Shown: positions 33,481 through 47,309, numbered from the whole stretch's first letter. The stretch is DNA of 63,867 nucleotides, filler included, from Octopus bimaculoides (GCF_001194135.2; 4 parts of 4 records of this genome joined end to end with filler, not necessarily neighbours in it); one strand, 5' to 3'. Notes: a model not told the origin generated them from the sequence alone. Numbers and translations: made by a program.

Positions 33481-35520
33481 GATCTGTAAATAAATAGATT
33501 ATAATTTATGACATATCATTGACAAAACAGTTACCTCTGCAGGTTAGTTGTAAATGTGTTAGTACTGTTCAAAGTATTGGTGGCTCAGATAAGGTACAGG
33601 ACATGATGATGATGATAAGAAATTTGTTAGTGGTGGTGATGCTGGTGGAAATATACATATACAGTGATTTTCCTGTTAGCTGAAGAGTTCCAACAACAAG
33701 GAAATATATACGGAGTTGTGCATTTTGTCAGAGTAAAAACGATATGGGTCAACGACTATTACTTTTGGAATACCAAGCCAAACTGGCTATCTAAAGTCAT
33801 ACATGTGATATATTCCTTCAACTACATAGTTATTAAAAATTGTGCTTATACTGTGCGTATGGATATGTATATATGTGCACCTTTTTCTATTTTCTCTCCC
33901 TCTTTATTTTTGTGTTCCTTTCTGTCGAGGAGGGTAGGCTCGAAACGTAAAAGACTTTCTCACTTCCCGAGCGTTAAACTAATACATCTGTTTGTTGTTT
34001 AAACACCCGTTTTCGTCTTCTTTTTTTTTTTTTTTTTTTTTTTTGTAAATTCTCACTATATATGTCAGGCCTGTAACATGAACAACCAGTCAAATGGTCG
34101 GGTCGTTGGTTATTAAACCGCTAACCCTGCTAAGGATTAGTAAGAAAAGTGATTTTTTGGGACACCCTGCAGGACGTAAACAAAACCTATCAAAGGATGG
34201 ATGAACTCAGTAGGATCAACAGTCTTCCAACAGCTGGTGAGAGACCATTATTCTTTGTTTATACATCTCTGTAAAAGAAGGAAACATCTGCAACTACGTT
34301 TTTATCTAACGATTTAGAATAGTTCTTTCAGGGTAAATAAGTGCATACATTTTTTAAGAAAATGGGAGAAGCCCTGTACAAGACTTTTCCTTCGAGCTCA
34401 GGCATCACTTAACTTTTAACATTGTTTTAAAATCTTTATTATGTGTTGTATACTATGGCTGGTCGTAGACATGACAGGCAAAACAATGAAAAATTCCATG
34501 ATGGAATAAAGGCACGTTCAGCTGGTGGGTGGTAAGCTCTCTAAAACCTATTGCAATAGCACCCATCGTTGCCACAAAAATATGAGCCGTAGTATTTTGT
34601 TGAGGCAATAACACTAAAAAGCATGTGTTACTGGACAAATCCACTTCTGCTCTATGATGTTCATTTGTTGTTTGGAAAGATCAGGGTTCCTAGACGTGTA
34701 ATTTTCACTACGAGTGAAGAAGCCATGCCTCACCTATATTTTTTAGTCTCAGGTTTGCGCAATCTGAGAAAACCCGAGATTAAATAAGTAATGTTGTTTA
34801 TAAGGAAATCTAAAGTTGTGCATTGTTTATCACAAGGAGATCTAAAGTCATTTTTGTTCTTGTTTCATATTCTTGACATGTGATAGTGTCTTGGCGGTGT
34901 TGTAAATGACGAATTTGAAATGTTTCCATCTAGGAAGTTTACAGGTCACTGTAATTTAAGGTTGATGGAAAGTTAACACGCTCGGACAGCATAAAAGGCA
35001 GTTGTACAAATGAAGCTATCACGAAATATGCTATAGAATATGAAACCAGCAAGCTGCGAGATGTAGCGTATCTCCTTTATGGTATCCCGAAAGAGGATAT
35101 GTGGTTGGAGAGGTATTGCTTGAATGTACTTCCGGAGCATCCGATGCACCTCTGTGTTCGAGTATTGACGATGTTGTATCTGCTGGTACTGATGCTGCTG
35201 CTATGGCTGTTGTTGGTACTGGTGCTGTTGTGTTGGCATCGTTGAAGGTGGCGATGGTGTTGGTGCTGTTACTACTGGCGTAGGGGACATCAACGGTGGT
35301 GGCGCTGTTGTTGGTGTTATGGCCATCGTCATTAGTGTTGTTGGAGCTGTTGTCGGCGCTATCATGATGGGTCACTGCAGTTATAGTTATCATTGGCGAT
35401 GGTTTTGCCGCTATTTCTGTTAGGGATGCTGCCATTGCATACATGAATATGATGTGTATACACGTATACATATGCATAGATGTATACTCCGGTGAAAAAC
35501 TTCAATAAATACAAGTATAA

Positions 35521-37010
35521 CACTGGGGAACACATATTTTATTGCGTAATATCTAACACTTGGTTCTAAGTAATTTGGGAGCGCTGAATATGAATTTCAA
35601 CACAGTTTGGCTGTATCAGGTCCTGATTCCTATCAACAGGCTATGTGTCATTTTCCAGACCTTTTAAATTAAGACTAAAAAATTAAGTCATGTGTTCAAA
35701 TTTGTTTTCAAGTTTCATGAATACGAGTAGTTCAAACTACTGTAAAATTACATTATAACGATAGAAATGACTTAAAATTAAAAAAAAAAAAAAAGAAATA
35801 CGAAGCTTTCACTCTGGCGAAAATTTTCTTTTATAAACTTTCTGGCGTATTTGCTTGTTGATGACAGGTCTCTTTTCAAGCACCAACAGAAATCAACCAT
35901 CATGTGGGAATTCCAGCGTCCTTAGTACCGCTCTTCCATAATTTTAAAATCTTGGTGGAATCTCTCCTCTATCACTTATAGCACCTAAATTACTTGGAAA
36001 TTGGTCGAGATAGCTATTTTTTAAAAAAAACTGCATTTTTACACTCATATTGCAACCTAACTCTTTGGAGTTCCTTTAAAGATTTTTGCGATTTCTTCTT
36101 AGTCATCTGCTCAATAATTGCCTAAAACATTTTCTACTAAACCGCGAATGAGAACTAGGCATTTTTTTCGCGTTCATTCATGGCATTAGGAAAATCGCAG
36201 CCTTTAATTAATGTTCTTATTTGTGGACCGTCGAAAATTCCAGCCTTGATTTTTTTATGACTTAAACTTGGAAATTTTGAAGCTATGTATTTGAAACACA
36301 CAACGTTTGTATCTAAAGCTTTTACATATTGTTTAATGGGGCTTAGTTTGATAACCAGAAGAAGAAATATGATTTTATCTCTGGTCACTAAGGGTGGATT
36401 AATTACGCTTTTTTCTCCGATATTAAGTGATATTCGCGCTGGCCAGATTTGTTCGAAATAATGTTTTTCCTTGGCTCTGTTGTCCCATGAGCAAAGGAAG
36501 CAGGGACGTCTGGTATACCTCGCTTGTTGTCTGAGTAGACAATTAACCATTTTAAAGTCAACACATACGATCCATACGTGTTTCTTATATTTTATAAGAT
36601 TTTAAAACTTTAAAAAAAATTTTGTTAAATGCCTAATCGGCATCGAGCCTTATAGATTGCCATTAGGCAACATCACACATTTAACACTTCTTTTCGAACT
36701 GTCTAAAAACAAGCACCAATCATTTGTAACAAACTCCTGTAACAGACCAGGTATGTTGCAGCAATATATTAAACTGTCCTCCGTTCTAAAATATTTAAGA
36801 AGCTCTGTAAAATTTCTGTAAAATGCAATGTATATGTCTGAGGTAAGCACGTTTTTCTCTTTAAGCCTTGAAGGTAAAAGTTACGCAGCCTTTTTTGGCA
36901 AATTTAAATCCCTTACATTCAATTCGAACTGGTTAAATTTTTGTGGATCATTTTGACTTTGAAATACGCTGGGGGTCAAAATCAGTGTCAGACTTCTCAG
37001 AGAGTTTAAC
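35521..37010 (-). mobile_element. Degraded Chapaev3-like (CMC superfamily) DNA transposon
   Basis: VRDLNLPK.AA.LL.SRL.EKN; FLDSSKRS; PCFLCSWDNRA; KAGIFDGPQIR; ERFHQD...RY.GRW...M.DFCW; CAC terminus at 35521. Confidence 0.7.
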
Positions 37011-38099
37011 AATATATATATATATANNNNNNNNNNNNNNNNNNNNNNNNNNNNNNNNNNNNNNNNNNNNNNNNNNNNNNNNNNNNNNNNNNNNNNNNNN
37101 NNNNNNNNNNNNNNNNNNNNNNNNNNNNNNNNNNNNNNNNNNNNNNNNNNNNNNNNNNNNNNNNNNNNNNNNNNNNNNNNNNNNNNNNNNNNNNNNNNNN
37201 NNNNNNNNNNNNNNNNNNNNNNNNNNNNNNNNNNNNNNNNNNNNNNNNNNNNNNNNNNNNNNNNNNNNNNNNNNNNNNNNNNNNNNNNNNNNNNNNNNNN
37301 NNNNNNNNNNNNNNNNNNNNNNNNNNNNNNNNNNNNNNNNNNNNNNNNNNNNNNNNNNNNNNNNNNNNNNNNNNNNNNNNNNNNNNNNNNNNNNNNNNNN
37401 NNNNNNNNNNNNNNNNNNNNNNNNNNNNNNNNNNNNNNNNNNNNNNNNNNNNNNNNNNNNNNNNNNNNNNNNNNNNNNNNNNNNNNNNNNNNNNNNNNNN
37501 NNNNNNNNNNNNNNNNNNNNNNNNNNNNNNNNNNNNNNNNNNNNNNNNNNNNNNNNNNNNNNNNNNNNNNNNNNNNNNNNNNNNNNNNNNNNNNNNNNNN
37601 NNNNNNNNNNNNNNNNNNNNNNNNNNNNNNNNNNNNNNNNNNNNNNNNNNNNNNNNNNNNNNNNNNNNNNNNNNNNNNNNNNNNNNNNNNNNNNNNNNNN
37701 NNNNNNNNNNNNNNNNNNNNNNNNNNNNNNNNNNNNNNNNNNNNNNNNNNNNNNNNNNNNNNNNNNNNNNNNNNNNNNNNNNNNNNNNNNNNNNNNNNNN
37801 NNNNNNNNNNNNNNNNNNNNNNNNNNNNNNNNNNNNNNNNNNNNNNNNNNNNNNNNNNNNNNNNNNNNNNNNNNNNNNNNNNNNNNNNNNNNNNNNNNNN
37901 NNNNNNNNNNNNNNNNNNNNNNNNNNNNNNNNNNNNNNNNNNNNNNNNNNNNNNNNNNNNNNNNNNNNNNNNNNNNNNNNNNNNNNNAGAAGAAAACAAC
38001 ATAGCATGGTATGTAAAAGAATGCCACAGAACCGCTATTATTGGAAGTAAGAAGGTCAAGCTTGTGTAGGATGGAAGATTGCAAAGATAAAGCATTATA

Positions 38100-38870
38100 C
38101 AAGCACTTGAGAATGAATGAAACTGAAAATAGGTGGATAAAGAAAAGAATGCATGGACAATTTCATAGAGATGTTGAAGACAGAAAGACAGACAGAAAAA
38201 AAATGGCTATGGATGACTAAAAGTAATTTAAAACCGGAAACGGAAGGTCTAATCTGTACTGCCCAAGAGCAATCATTGAAAACGAATTACATCAAATACA
38301 GAATAGACAACACATCAGAAAGTGATTTATGCAGAATTTGTGGAGAAAGTGGTGAAACCGTATGGCATATTACCAGTCAATGCACGCCACTAGCCCAGAA
38401 ATAATATAAGAGACGTCGTGACAATATAGCAAGGATTGTCCATTGGAAACCTTGCAACAAGTATGGTAGAGCAAAAAAGTGGTACGAACATAAACCCGAA
38501 GGCATCACCGAAAATGATAATGCAAAGATCATATGGGATTCTATGATTCAGTGCGACCATGAGATAGAGAATTGAAAACCAGACATAATGTTAACAATGC
38601 TGGATCATAAGTATAGCATACCCAGCTGACAACAAGGTATGCGATAAGGAAGAAAGAAAAGTCGATAGATATAACAGGTTAGCATGGGAGGTTAAGCAGC
38701 TGTGGTCGCTGAAAAAGGTGGTAGTACCAATAATTGTTGGAGCTCTGGAAACAGTGAGTAAAAATCTTGGAGAAGTACATGGAACAAATAGGGACTGCAA
38801 TAAGGGTGGAGCACTTGCAGATAACAGCACTGCTTGGAACTGCTCGAATACTCTGGAAGGTGCTCGAAAA
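38100..38870 (+). mobile_element. R4/Dong-like RLE non-LTR fragment
   Basis: MHGQF...TEGLICTAQEQSL.T...CRICGESGETVWHITSQC (CCHC knuckle)...IIWD...KPDI...PIIVGALETV. Confidence 0.85.
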
Positions 38871-39309
38871 ATAAGGGGTGTTACCTCAGTTCACTGGTAG
38901 TGAAGAGCTGACACCGTAGTAGATCTCCAGCGTTAGAAGGTGTACAAAGACAACAACAACAACAACAATAATAATAATAATAATAAGAAGAAGAAGAAGA
39001 AGAAGAAAAAGAAGAAGAAGAAGAAGAAGAAGGGGAGACGGTTGCTAGCACATTACCCTCTACCCACTCTTTTCTTATCTACATCTTTACCATATGGGGC
39101 CCTAACAAAATCCGATAATAAGGATAGATGCAAATCTATCTAATTACTTCTCTCTTTCTTAAATCAGGCATAACTTGGCGATCGGTCGACCTATAACACC
39201 TTTCTTCGTCTTGTTTTACCAAGAGATTGGTTGTTTTTAACACATTCACGAATGTCATGTTGGGCTGTATGCAAATGCGTTCATTACTGGAATCCGAAAC
39301 CCTCGTGAC

Positions 39310-39340
<31 letters not shown>

Positions 39341-39665
39341 ATTCGCTTCCCGGATGCCAATAATTCTGAATTATTGGGGTCATGTTTTCTAACAATGGAA
39401 ATCGAACACCCATTCGTCAAAAGAGATTCAGTCAGTTACACCTTGTTTAATAGTTATACCTAGGTGTGGTTTGAAATGACGAATACTATAATACATATAG
39501 TACAATATCATGAGTAATATGAACTTTATTCTATGCAAATTTTGCAGTAAACTTCTATGAAGATAAATGTATATATTTAGTATAACATGTCGGCTTTGTT
39601 GGCCTTTCAATAGCATTTGCAAGTACACTTGTTCATAAATAAGCTAACTTTTCTACTTCATCACT

Positions 39666-39901
39666 TAACTTTCTCTCTCCCCTTCCTCTCTCTCTCTCTC
39701 TCTCTCTCTTCCTACTTGTTTGCTTCTTCCTCCACTCCTTTCTAACTTTAAACAGCTTGTCCATATTTAAAGTTAGAAAGAAGTGGAGGAAGAAGCAAAC
39801 AAATAGGAAGAAAGAGAGAGAGAGAGAGAAGAAGGGGAGAGAGAAAGTTACTTGTTTGCTTCTTTCTCCAATCCTTTCTAGCTTTAAATATGGACAAGTT
39901 G
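39666..39901. repeat. Fold-back inverted repeat (87/85-bp arms, 13-nt loop) plus a partial third arm
   Basis: 39666-39752 is the reverse complement of 39766-39850 with few mismatches. Confidence 0.85.
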
Positions 39902-40393
39902 TACGCCAAGCCTTATGCACTGCGATTTGATAATTGCGAAATGTAAAAATTTGTTGCTACACGGATTTTATTTAGTTTTAAATTATAATTATAATTCTTT
40001 CATATATGAATTCTATTTATTCGCTGGATTTTGTATTGAACCACAGAAGAGATTTTCCTTTTATACGTACATACATACATATATACACATATATACACAT
40101 ATATACACATATATATGTGTTTGTGCTGTGTGAGTAATATATGTTCTGCATGTATGCATGCTCGCGCGCACACCCATACACACATCATCTATCGCTTACT
40201 TGTTCCAGCTATTCTGGGGCACCACCTTGGGAGGTTTTAGTCGAATGAATCGACCCCACTACTTATTTCTCTTGGCCTGGCATTTATTCTATCGGTCGCT
40301 TTGGCAGATCCACTATGTTACAGGAACGTAAATAACCCAACACCAGTTTGCAATTCACGGCTGGAGACAAACACAAACACTAAGACACACACA

Positions 40394-40466
<73 letters not shown>

Positions 40467-40780
40467 TCACACATATATAGGTATATGTATGTGTATATAG
40501 ATACAAATATATTTGAATTATTCTACATATGAAAGCGGTGAGCATAGTTACACAAATTCGGATTGTATAATACACGTTTGAAGTCTCTTGATATCCCACG
40601 TCGCTAAATCTAAAAATAAAGATGGTTTTACAACTATTTTAAATGTGAGACATTTAAAAATTGCGATATCTAACGCATAAAACCTAATGTTTTGCACAAA
40701 ATCCACAAATAAACCAAGTATTTATTTACCAATGCAGTGTTGAGTCCTCATTTTCACTGTTCACCACTATTCTGCACACA

Positions 40781-40865
<85 letters not shown>

Positions 40866-41754
40866 ACACTAGCTTTCTTAACTCAGAGATCATGGAAAGA
40901 CCGAATATTCCAAAGGAATAGAATACGAATTAACGATAACTGTAAAATGAATAGTTATATTTAAGCAAATCTATTCTACTTTCGCTATTCATACTAAGCA
41001 CGCCGTACCCTTATCCTAGTTCCTTCATTTTTGCCTCTGTCAAGACCATCCCTTAGCTCTATCACTTCGTTTCCTCTCCCACCTAGTTATGTGAGAAGAG
41101 TGAATTTAAAAAATATGATGTTTTGGGACGAAAGTGGTGGACGTACTGAGTAGTGTGGGGATTGAGTGCAATATGGATGAAATATGAACAATAAGAGAAA
41201 AAACCAGTGATTCGAGAAAACGCAAGTTAGGGTGGCACGAAATCAACAAAACCCAGTGCCAAGAAGTCCGTAGGGTAGCCGCCCAAAAAGCGTAGACAGA
41301 TAAAACATTGACCATAGTCAGTCACACGGAGGTTCTGAGTTCAATTCCAGGCAAGGCGCTAAGGTAATTCACAAAAAATCAATTGAAGCAAAATATGTCT
41401 CAAAACGCAGAGAGCGGAATGAGAACAATGTACCCTCTGGATCAAATATTCTTTCGAGTATTTTGATATCTTTAATTCTAATTACACGCACGCACACGCA
41501 CACACACTCAAACAAACATATGTATGTATGTATGTATATACGTATGCGTGTGTGTATGTATGCACGTGTATATACGAGTTAGAATAGAGGCAGCTGATGA
41601 ATAATTCCAAGTGGCTTTCTGTTTTCCTATGTGTTCGTTCCGTTGTCTGTAGTTCATTGTTCTAACGTCCTGTACCCTGATATGCATCTATATACACATG
41701 TAGATGAAAGTATATACATATATGTGTGTATACATGCATATATATTTTTTGTAT

Positions 41755-41798
<44 letters not shown>

Positions 41799-41827
41799 GT
41801 GCATACATACATACATACATACATATA

Positions 41828-42204
41828 TGGAGGCGCAATGGCCCAATGGTTAGGGCAGCGGACTCGCGGTCATAGGATCACGGTTTCGATTCCCAGACCG
41901 GGCGTTGTGATTGTTTATTGAGCGAAATTATTTAAAGCTCCACGAGGTTCCGGCAGGGGGAGGTGATGAACCCTGCTGTACTCTTTCACCACAACTTTCT
42001 CTCACTTTTTCTTCCTGTTTCTGTTGTACCTGTATTTCAAAGGGCCAGGCTTGTCACACGCTGAATCGACCCGAGAACTACGTTAAGGGTACACGTGTCT
42101 GTGGAATGCTTAGCCACTTGCACGCTAATTTCACGAGGAGGCTGTTCCATTGATTAGATCAACTGGAACCTTTGTCGTTGTAACCGAGGGAGTGCCGTAG
42201 TAAT
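41828..42204 (+). mobile_element. SINE family B
   Basis: Full colinear match to 8058-8426. Confidence 0.8.
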
Positions 42205-42432
42205 ATATATGAATGACCATGAGATGGCACCTAGAAAGATCCCTTTCTATGCACAAGTCCGGGCAAGGGTGTTTATGGAAGACCTGCAAATACCCATGCA
42301 TACCAGCCTCCCCTCTCCACGCCAAACGGTGAAAGACAAATACAAAGATGCATATGCCCTCTCTCTCTCTCTCTCTCCCGCTTTCTCTCTCTCTCTCTCC
42401 CGCTTTCTCTCTCTCTCTCCCGNNNNNNNNNN

Positions 42433-42464
<32 letters not shown>

Positions 42465-42768
42465 TTACCGAAAATTTTTGCATGATCTCAGTGTAACACT
42501 ATGATTTTGTGTGTTTTAATCCACGGTATTACATAAGGGAAAGGCAAAGGCCGATACAGCTTGGCTAGTGATGTCACAACTCATTTCTACAGCTAAGTGA
42601 GCGGGAACAACGTGAATAAAGTGTCCGGAAATCGAACCCATTAGCTCATAATTGCGAGCCTGATGATCTAACCACTGAACCATGTGCCTTCTCTTGCACA
42701 CACACACATCAATGAATAAATGAATGAATGAATGAATGAATGAATCAATCAATCAATCTGTCTATCTG

Positions 42769-42830
<62 letters not shown>

Positions 42831-43035
42831 GTAGACTGGTTGTCCTGGATGTCGACGGCAGCGATGGGTGTGCTTTTCGACTCATATCAGTATACGCACC
42901 ACCTTTAACAGGTAGGCCGGATTTCTTTCGACGTCTAGAAGTATTCCTAGGAACGTCTCGTCCTTTACTTTTAGTGGGGGATTGGAANNNNNNNNNNAAT
43001 GAATGAATGAATCAATCAATCAATCTGTCTATCTG

Positions 43036-43099
<64 letters not shown>

Positions 43100-43101
<2 letters not shown>

Positions 43102-43512
43102 GTAGACTGGTTGTCCTGGATGTCGACGGCAGCGATGGGTGTGCTTTTCGACTCATATCAGTATACGCACCACCTTTAACAGGTAGGCCGGATTTCTTTC
43201 GACGTCTAGAAGTATTCCTAGGAACGTCTCGTCCTTTACTTTTAGTGGGGGATTGGAATGCTATCTTGGACACGCATCTAGACTACGTGGGCAGAGATAG
43301 GAATAGACGGGGATGCAGATGCCTCAGAGACCTGCTCAGACGTTTTCAACTGGCTGACAGGTACCGACTTGACCACCCGAATGCGCCAACGTGGACATGG
43401 ATCAACCGCATCGGGTCGTCGAGATCGTATCTAGATAGAGTATTGTGTAGGAGAGTAGATAGAGATAGCGTAGGGTGTCCACAATTCCACATAGTCAGCT
43501 ATACGGACCACA
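43100..43512 (+). mobile_element. L1/Tx1-clade APE endonuclease fragment
   Basis: LISVYAP...LLLVGDWNAILD...WTW...SYLDRVL...YTDH; the first part is duplicated at 42829-42987. Confidence 0.85.
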
Positions 43513-43514
43513 AT

Positions 43515-43925
43515 TCGGGAACTTATACTTAATGAGTTCCACCTGAGCCATAACGCTGTGGAAGTAACCAAAAATACTTGTTGTATGAAAGGTGAATGTA
43601 TGGTTGATCGCAGTACAGTAACCAGATGGTTCAAGAAATTTCGTTCGGTGTGCAAGAACCTCGACGATCAGACAAAGTCAGGTAGGCCTAAAACCTTGGA
43701 TTCTGAGGCCGTGCATCAAACCATAGAGGCGAATCCAGCGAGTAGCACTCAGAGAGTAGCACTCAGAGAGTAGCAGGCGAGCTCGTCATCTCACGGATGT
43801 ATGCCATTGTGGCTCGAAAATACCCGGCGTTGGTTAACAGAAAGTGAGCTCTTCTGCAGCAAGACAACGCAAGATCTCATACCGCTCAAACAACTCGGAA
43901 ACAACTCCAGAAACTTGAACTAATG
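43515..43925 (+). mobile_element. Mariner transposase fragments
   Basis: TVTRWFKKFRS...LDD...SGRPK; LLQQDNARSHTA. Confidence 0.75.
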
Positions 43926-44619
43926 ATACATTCACAAATTTCGGGCCTTGTGCCTGTAGTAGAAAGAATTATGCCTAGACGTAAACACAGACATTAATAT
44001 AGGCGCGGCTGCGTGGTAAGAAATTTGCTTCCCAATCATATGGACTCAGGTTCAGCCCCACAGCATGTTACTACTTTGGGCAAGTATTTTCTATTATAGT
44101 CCCTGGCCGACCAAAGCTTTTGCGAGTGGATTTGACAGAGAGACACTGAAAGAAGCCTTTCGTTTACGTATATGTATTGTGTGTGTGTGTGTGTGTGTGT
44201 GTGTACAAAAATCACATACAATGGCCTAAGGTAAAGCCCATATTACTCATGACATTGTATTATATATGTATCATTCCAAACCGCACCTAAATATGACTAT
44301 TAAACAATGTGTAACTGACTGAATTTTTCTGACGAATGGGAGCTCGACTTCAATTGTTAGAAAACATGACATATTCAGAATTATTATTAGCATCCGGGAA
44401 GGCTGTAAGTTGGCAGAATCGTTAGCAGGCCGTGCGAAGTGTTTAGCGGTATTGCGTCTGCCGCTACGTTCTGAGATCGAATTCTGCCGAGGTTGACTTT
44501 GCTTTTCATCCTTTCGAGGCCGATGAAAATAAGTATTAGCTATGCGCTGGAGTCGATATAATCGACTCGCTCCCTTCCCCCCAAATTTTCAAGGCTTGTG
44601 ACTAGAGTAGAAATAATTA

Positions 44620-45365
44620 CTGGCATCCGGTGGCTGGTTTGACTACTTTGCATGACCAATTATGGAGAACTGCTGGAGACGTATGTGAAACAAAATCCTG
44701 GGCTTGATTAAAAAAAGGGACAATTAAAAAAAAGCAACAGAGAACCTAATTGTAGAAGCGCAAGATCAAGCGATAAAAACAAGCAATTTGAGAAAATATA
44801 TATACGGAGAGAATGTGTCAGAAAAATGTAGAGCTTATGGAACTTGGGACGAGACAGTGGAAAACATTGTGACAAAATGCCTGAAATTGGCACAAGAAGA
44901 ATATAAGGAATGGAGGTACGACCAAGTTGTAAAAGTTTTACGCTGGAAACTGTGACAAAAATGGGGATTTGAAGCAGGAAGCACATGGTACAACAATCGA
45001 GTCGAAAGAGTACTGGAGTCGGAGAAATGTAAAATTTTGTGGGACTTTCTTAATTAAACGGATAAAAAGTCAGAAACTAATAGACCAGAAAGCAATTATA
45101 GATAATGAAAAGCAAACTTGCTTAATTATGCAAGTTTGATTCCAGGATCGTAAAGAAAGGGGACGAAAAGAAAAATACAATCCTTTAAAATTTGAAACAG
45201 GGGGAATTTGGAGCATGCCTATAATAATCGGTGCGTTGGGAACGGTAAGCAAAGATATAGATAAATGGCTGAAAGAGGTTGAAATATGCACGACAGAGCT
45301 CCTAAAGAAAGTTTGTCTCTTAGGGACGGCAAGGATTATCAGAAGGGTCCTAAGAACTTGAAAGA
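44620..45365 (+). mobile_element. Second R4/Dong-like RLE non-LTR fragment
   Basis: ATENLIVEAQDQAIKT...KC...ETVENIVTKC...KILWDF...IIIGALGTV...KVCLLGTARIIRRVL. Confidence 0.75.
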
Positions 45366-45699
45366 TTGCTGAAAACTTGTGGATATTTGAGGTTACAGGT
45401 AATAACCCGTTACCCACATAAATTCTACCAGGAATAAGACCGAACCCGAGCCAGCCCAAAATAGTAATAATAGTAATAGTAATCCTTTCTAACAAAGGCA
45501 CAAGGCCTGAAATTTGGGGTAGGAGGAAAATCGATTACATCGACCCCCAGTGTTTCACTGGTACTTAATTTATCGACCCCAAAAGGATGAAAGCAAACTC
45601 GACCTCGGCACAATTTGAACTTAGAATGTAAAGACGGTCGAAATGCCGCTAAGCATTTTGACTGGTGCGCTAACGTTTCTAATAATAATAATAATAGTG

Positions 45700-45747
<48 letters not shown>

Positions 45748-45759
45748 TCTTTATTGGTC

Positions 45760-46290
45760 ACAAGAGCCCACACAAAAATCAAATGACATTATACAAAACA
45801 AACAAGGGACGGTGGGGTTTAGACGATGCATGTAAATAGTAAATAAACAAAATAAACAAAAACATTTAATAGAATTCAAACAATTAAGTTCCCCAATCGG
45901 GGTGAAATCCAAACAGGAGCGTCCAAGGAAAGCCCACACACCATCGACACCCCAATCACACAGGGCACCTCAAGCAAGCACCCTTCTTCTCTTCACTCTC
46001 CCCAGCCTACAAGTGCATACTTAGTGTAGGCCCATTCACACGGGCCATCCTCGCTACATTCACCCACCTTTCAACGAATTTACTGGGCGACAGCACCTCT
46101 CAATCTACCCTCACCTTCCTTTTCAGGTGGAACCCGAAAAAGTTAATGAGTCCTTGACCGAAGAGGAAAGTGCCTGTCTTCAACCCTTTCAAATGCGTCC
46201 ACCACACAACCGCTTTCGCCATAGCCACCAAATCAGGGATGTCCAACCGCGGGCTGCTTTGCGTCCCATTTAACATTCTCATGCGGCCCA
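45760..46290 (-). mobile_element. L1/Tx1-clade ORF2 3' end
   Basis: LVAMAKAVVWWT...LINFFGFHLKRKVRVD...FVERW. Confidence 0.55.
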
Positions 46291-46499
46291 CTGGCGATTC
46301 AAATTCTAATTTGTGTTATTTTCTAGTTATATTTTCATTTACTTTGATAATATATGATGAGAAAATTATTCTCAGCGTGTGCTATTTTGAACGGACCAAC
46401 TGAGCATATTAATTTATCATTAGAAAAGTTAAATGTTGATAGAAATAAAATTAATTCGATTACAACTGATAGTGCTCCTCCTTGGGTTTATTACTTTAT

Positions 46500-46720
46500 T
46501 CAAAGAAATGGTTGATCATGATATACTTAGCTATCATTGCTTGATTATGTGCTCAAAAATTAAATATGAAACAGTTGATAATATTGTGAACGTTGTTAAT
46601 TTTATCAGATCTCGGGGCTTGATCCATCGTACATCCAAAGCATACTTGCTAGAAGTTGGCAGTGAGTATGAAGACGTTATTTCTTTCTCAAAAGTCAGAT
46701 GGCTCAGTCAAGCAGCAACT
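46500..46720 (+). mobile_element. hAT (Charlie/SPIN-like) transposase fragment
   Basis: YHCLI...VVNFIRSRGLIHR...EY.DV...KVRWLS. Confidence 0.75.
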
Positions 46721-47131
46721 TTTAATTTTGACTCTATATCTTCAGGAGTTACCTCAATCCTTTTTATATTAACCAAAATGAAATAGATTGACAAATTTAT
46801 TTTTTTAATCCGTTGAAGATACACAAGATGTCGAAATATCGTTCACTAGATAGCAATGGCACTCTTCTTTTAATTTTGACTCTATATCTTCAGGAGGAGT
46901 TACCTCAATCCTTTTTATATTAACCAAAGTGAAATAGATTGACAAATTTATTTTTTGAATCCGTTGAAGACACACAAGATGTCGAAATATCGTTCACTAG
47001 ATAGCAATGGCACGCTTCTCTTAATTTTGAATCTATATCTTCAGGAGGAGTTACCTCAATCCTTTTTATATTAACCAAAATGAAATAGATTGACAAATTT
47101 ATTTTTTGAACCCGTTGAAGACACACAAGAT
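46721..47131. repeat. ~148-151-bp tandem repeat x2.75
   Basis: Units start at 46721, 46869 and 47020. Confidence 0.9.
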
Positions 47132-47259
47132 ATTAATAAAAAACACTTAATTTTTTTTANNNNNNNNNNNNNNNNNNNNNNNNNNNNNNNNNNNNNNNNN
47201 NNNTTAATTAATTAANNNNNNNNNNNNNNNNNNNNNNNNNNNNNNNNNNNNNNNNNNNN

Positions 47260-47307
<48 letters not shown>

Positions 47308-47309
<2 letters not shown>

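Noticed and set aside
41828-41900. tRNA-like sequences as tRNA genes
   Set aside because: Each continues into a conserved SINE body and does not form a full cloverleaf with a terminator
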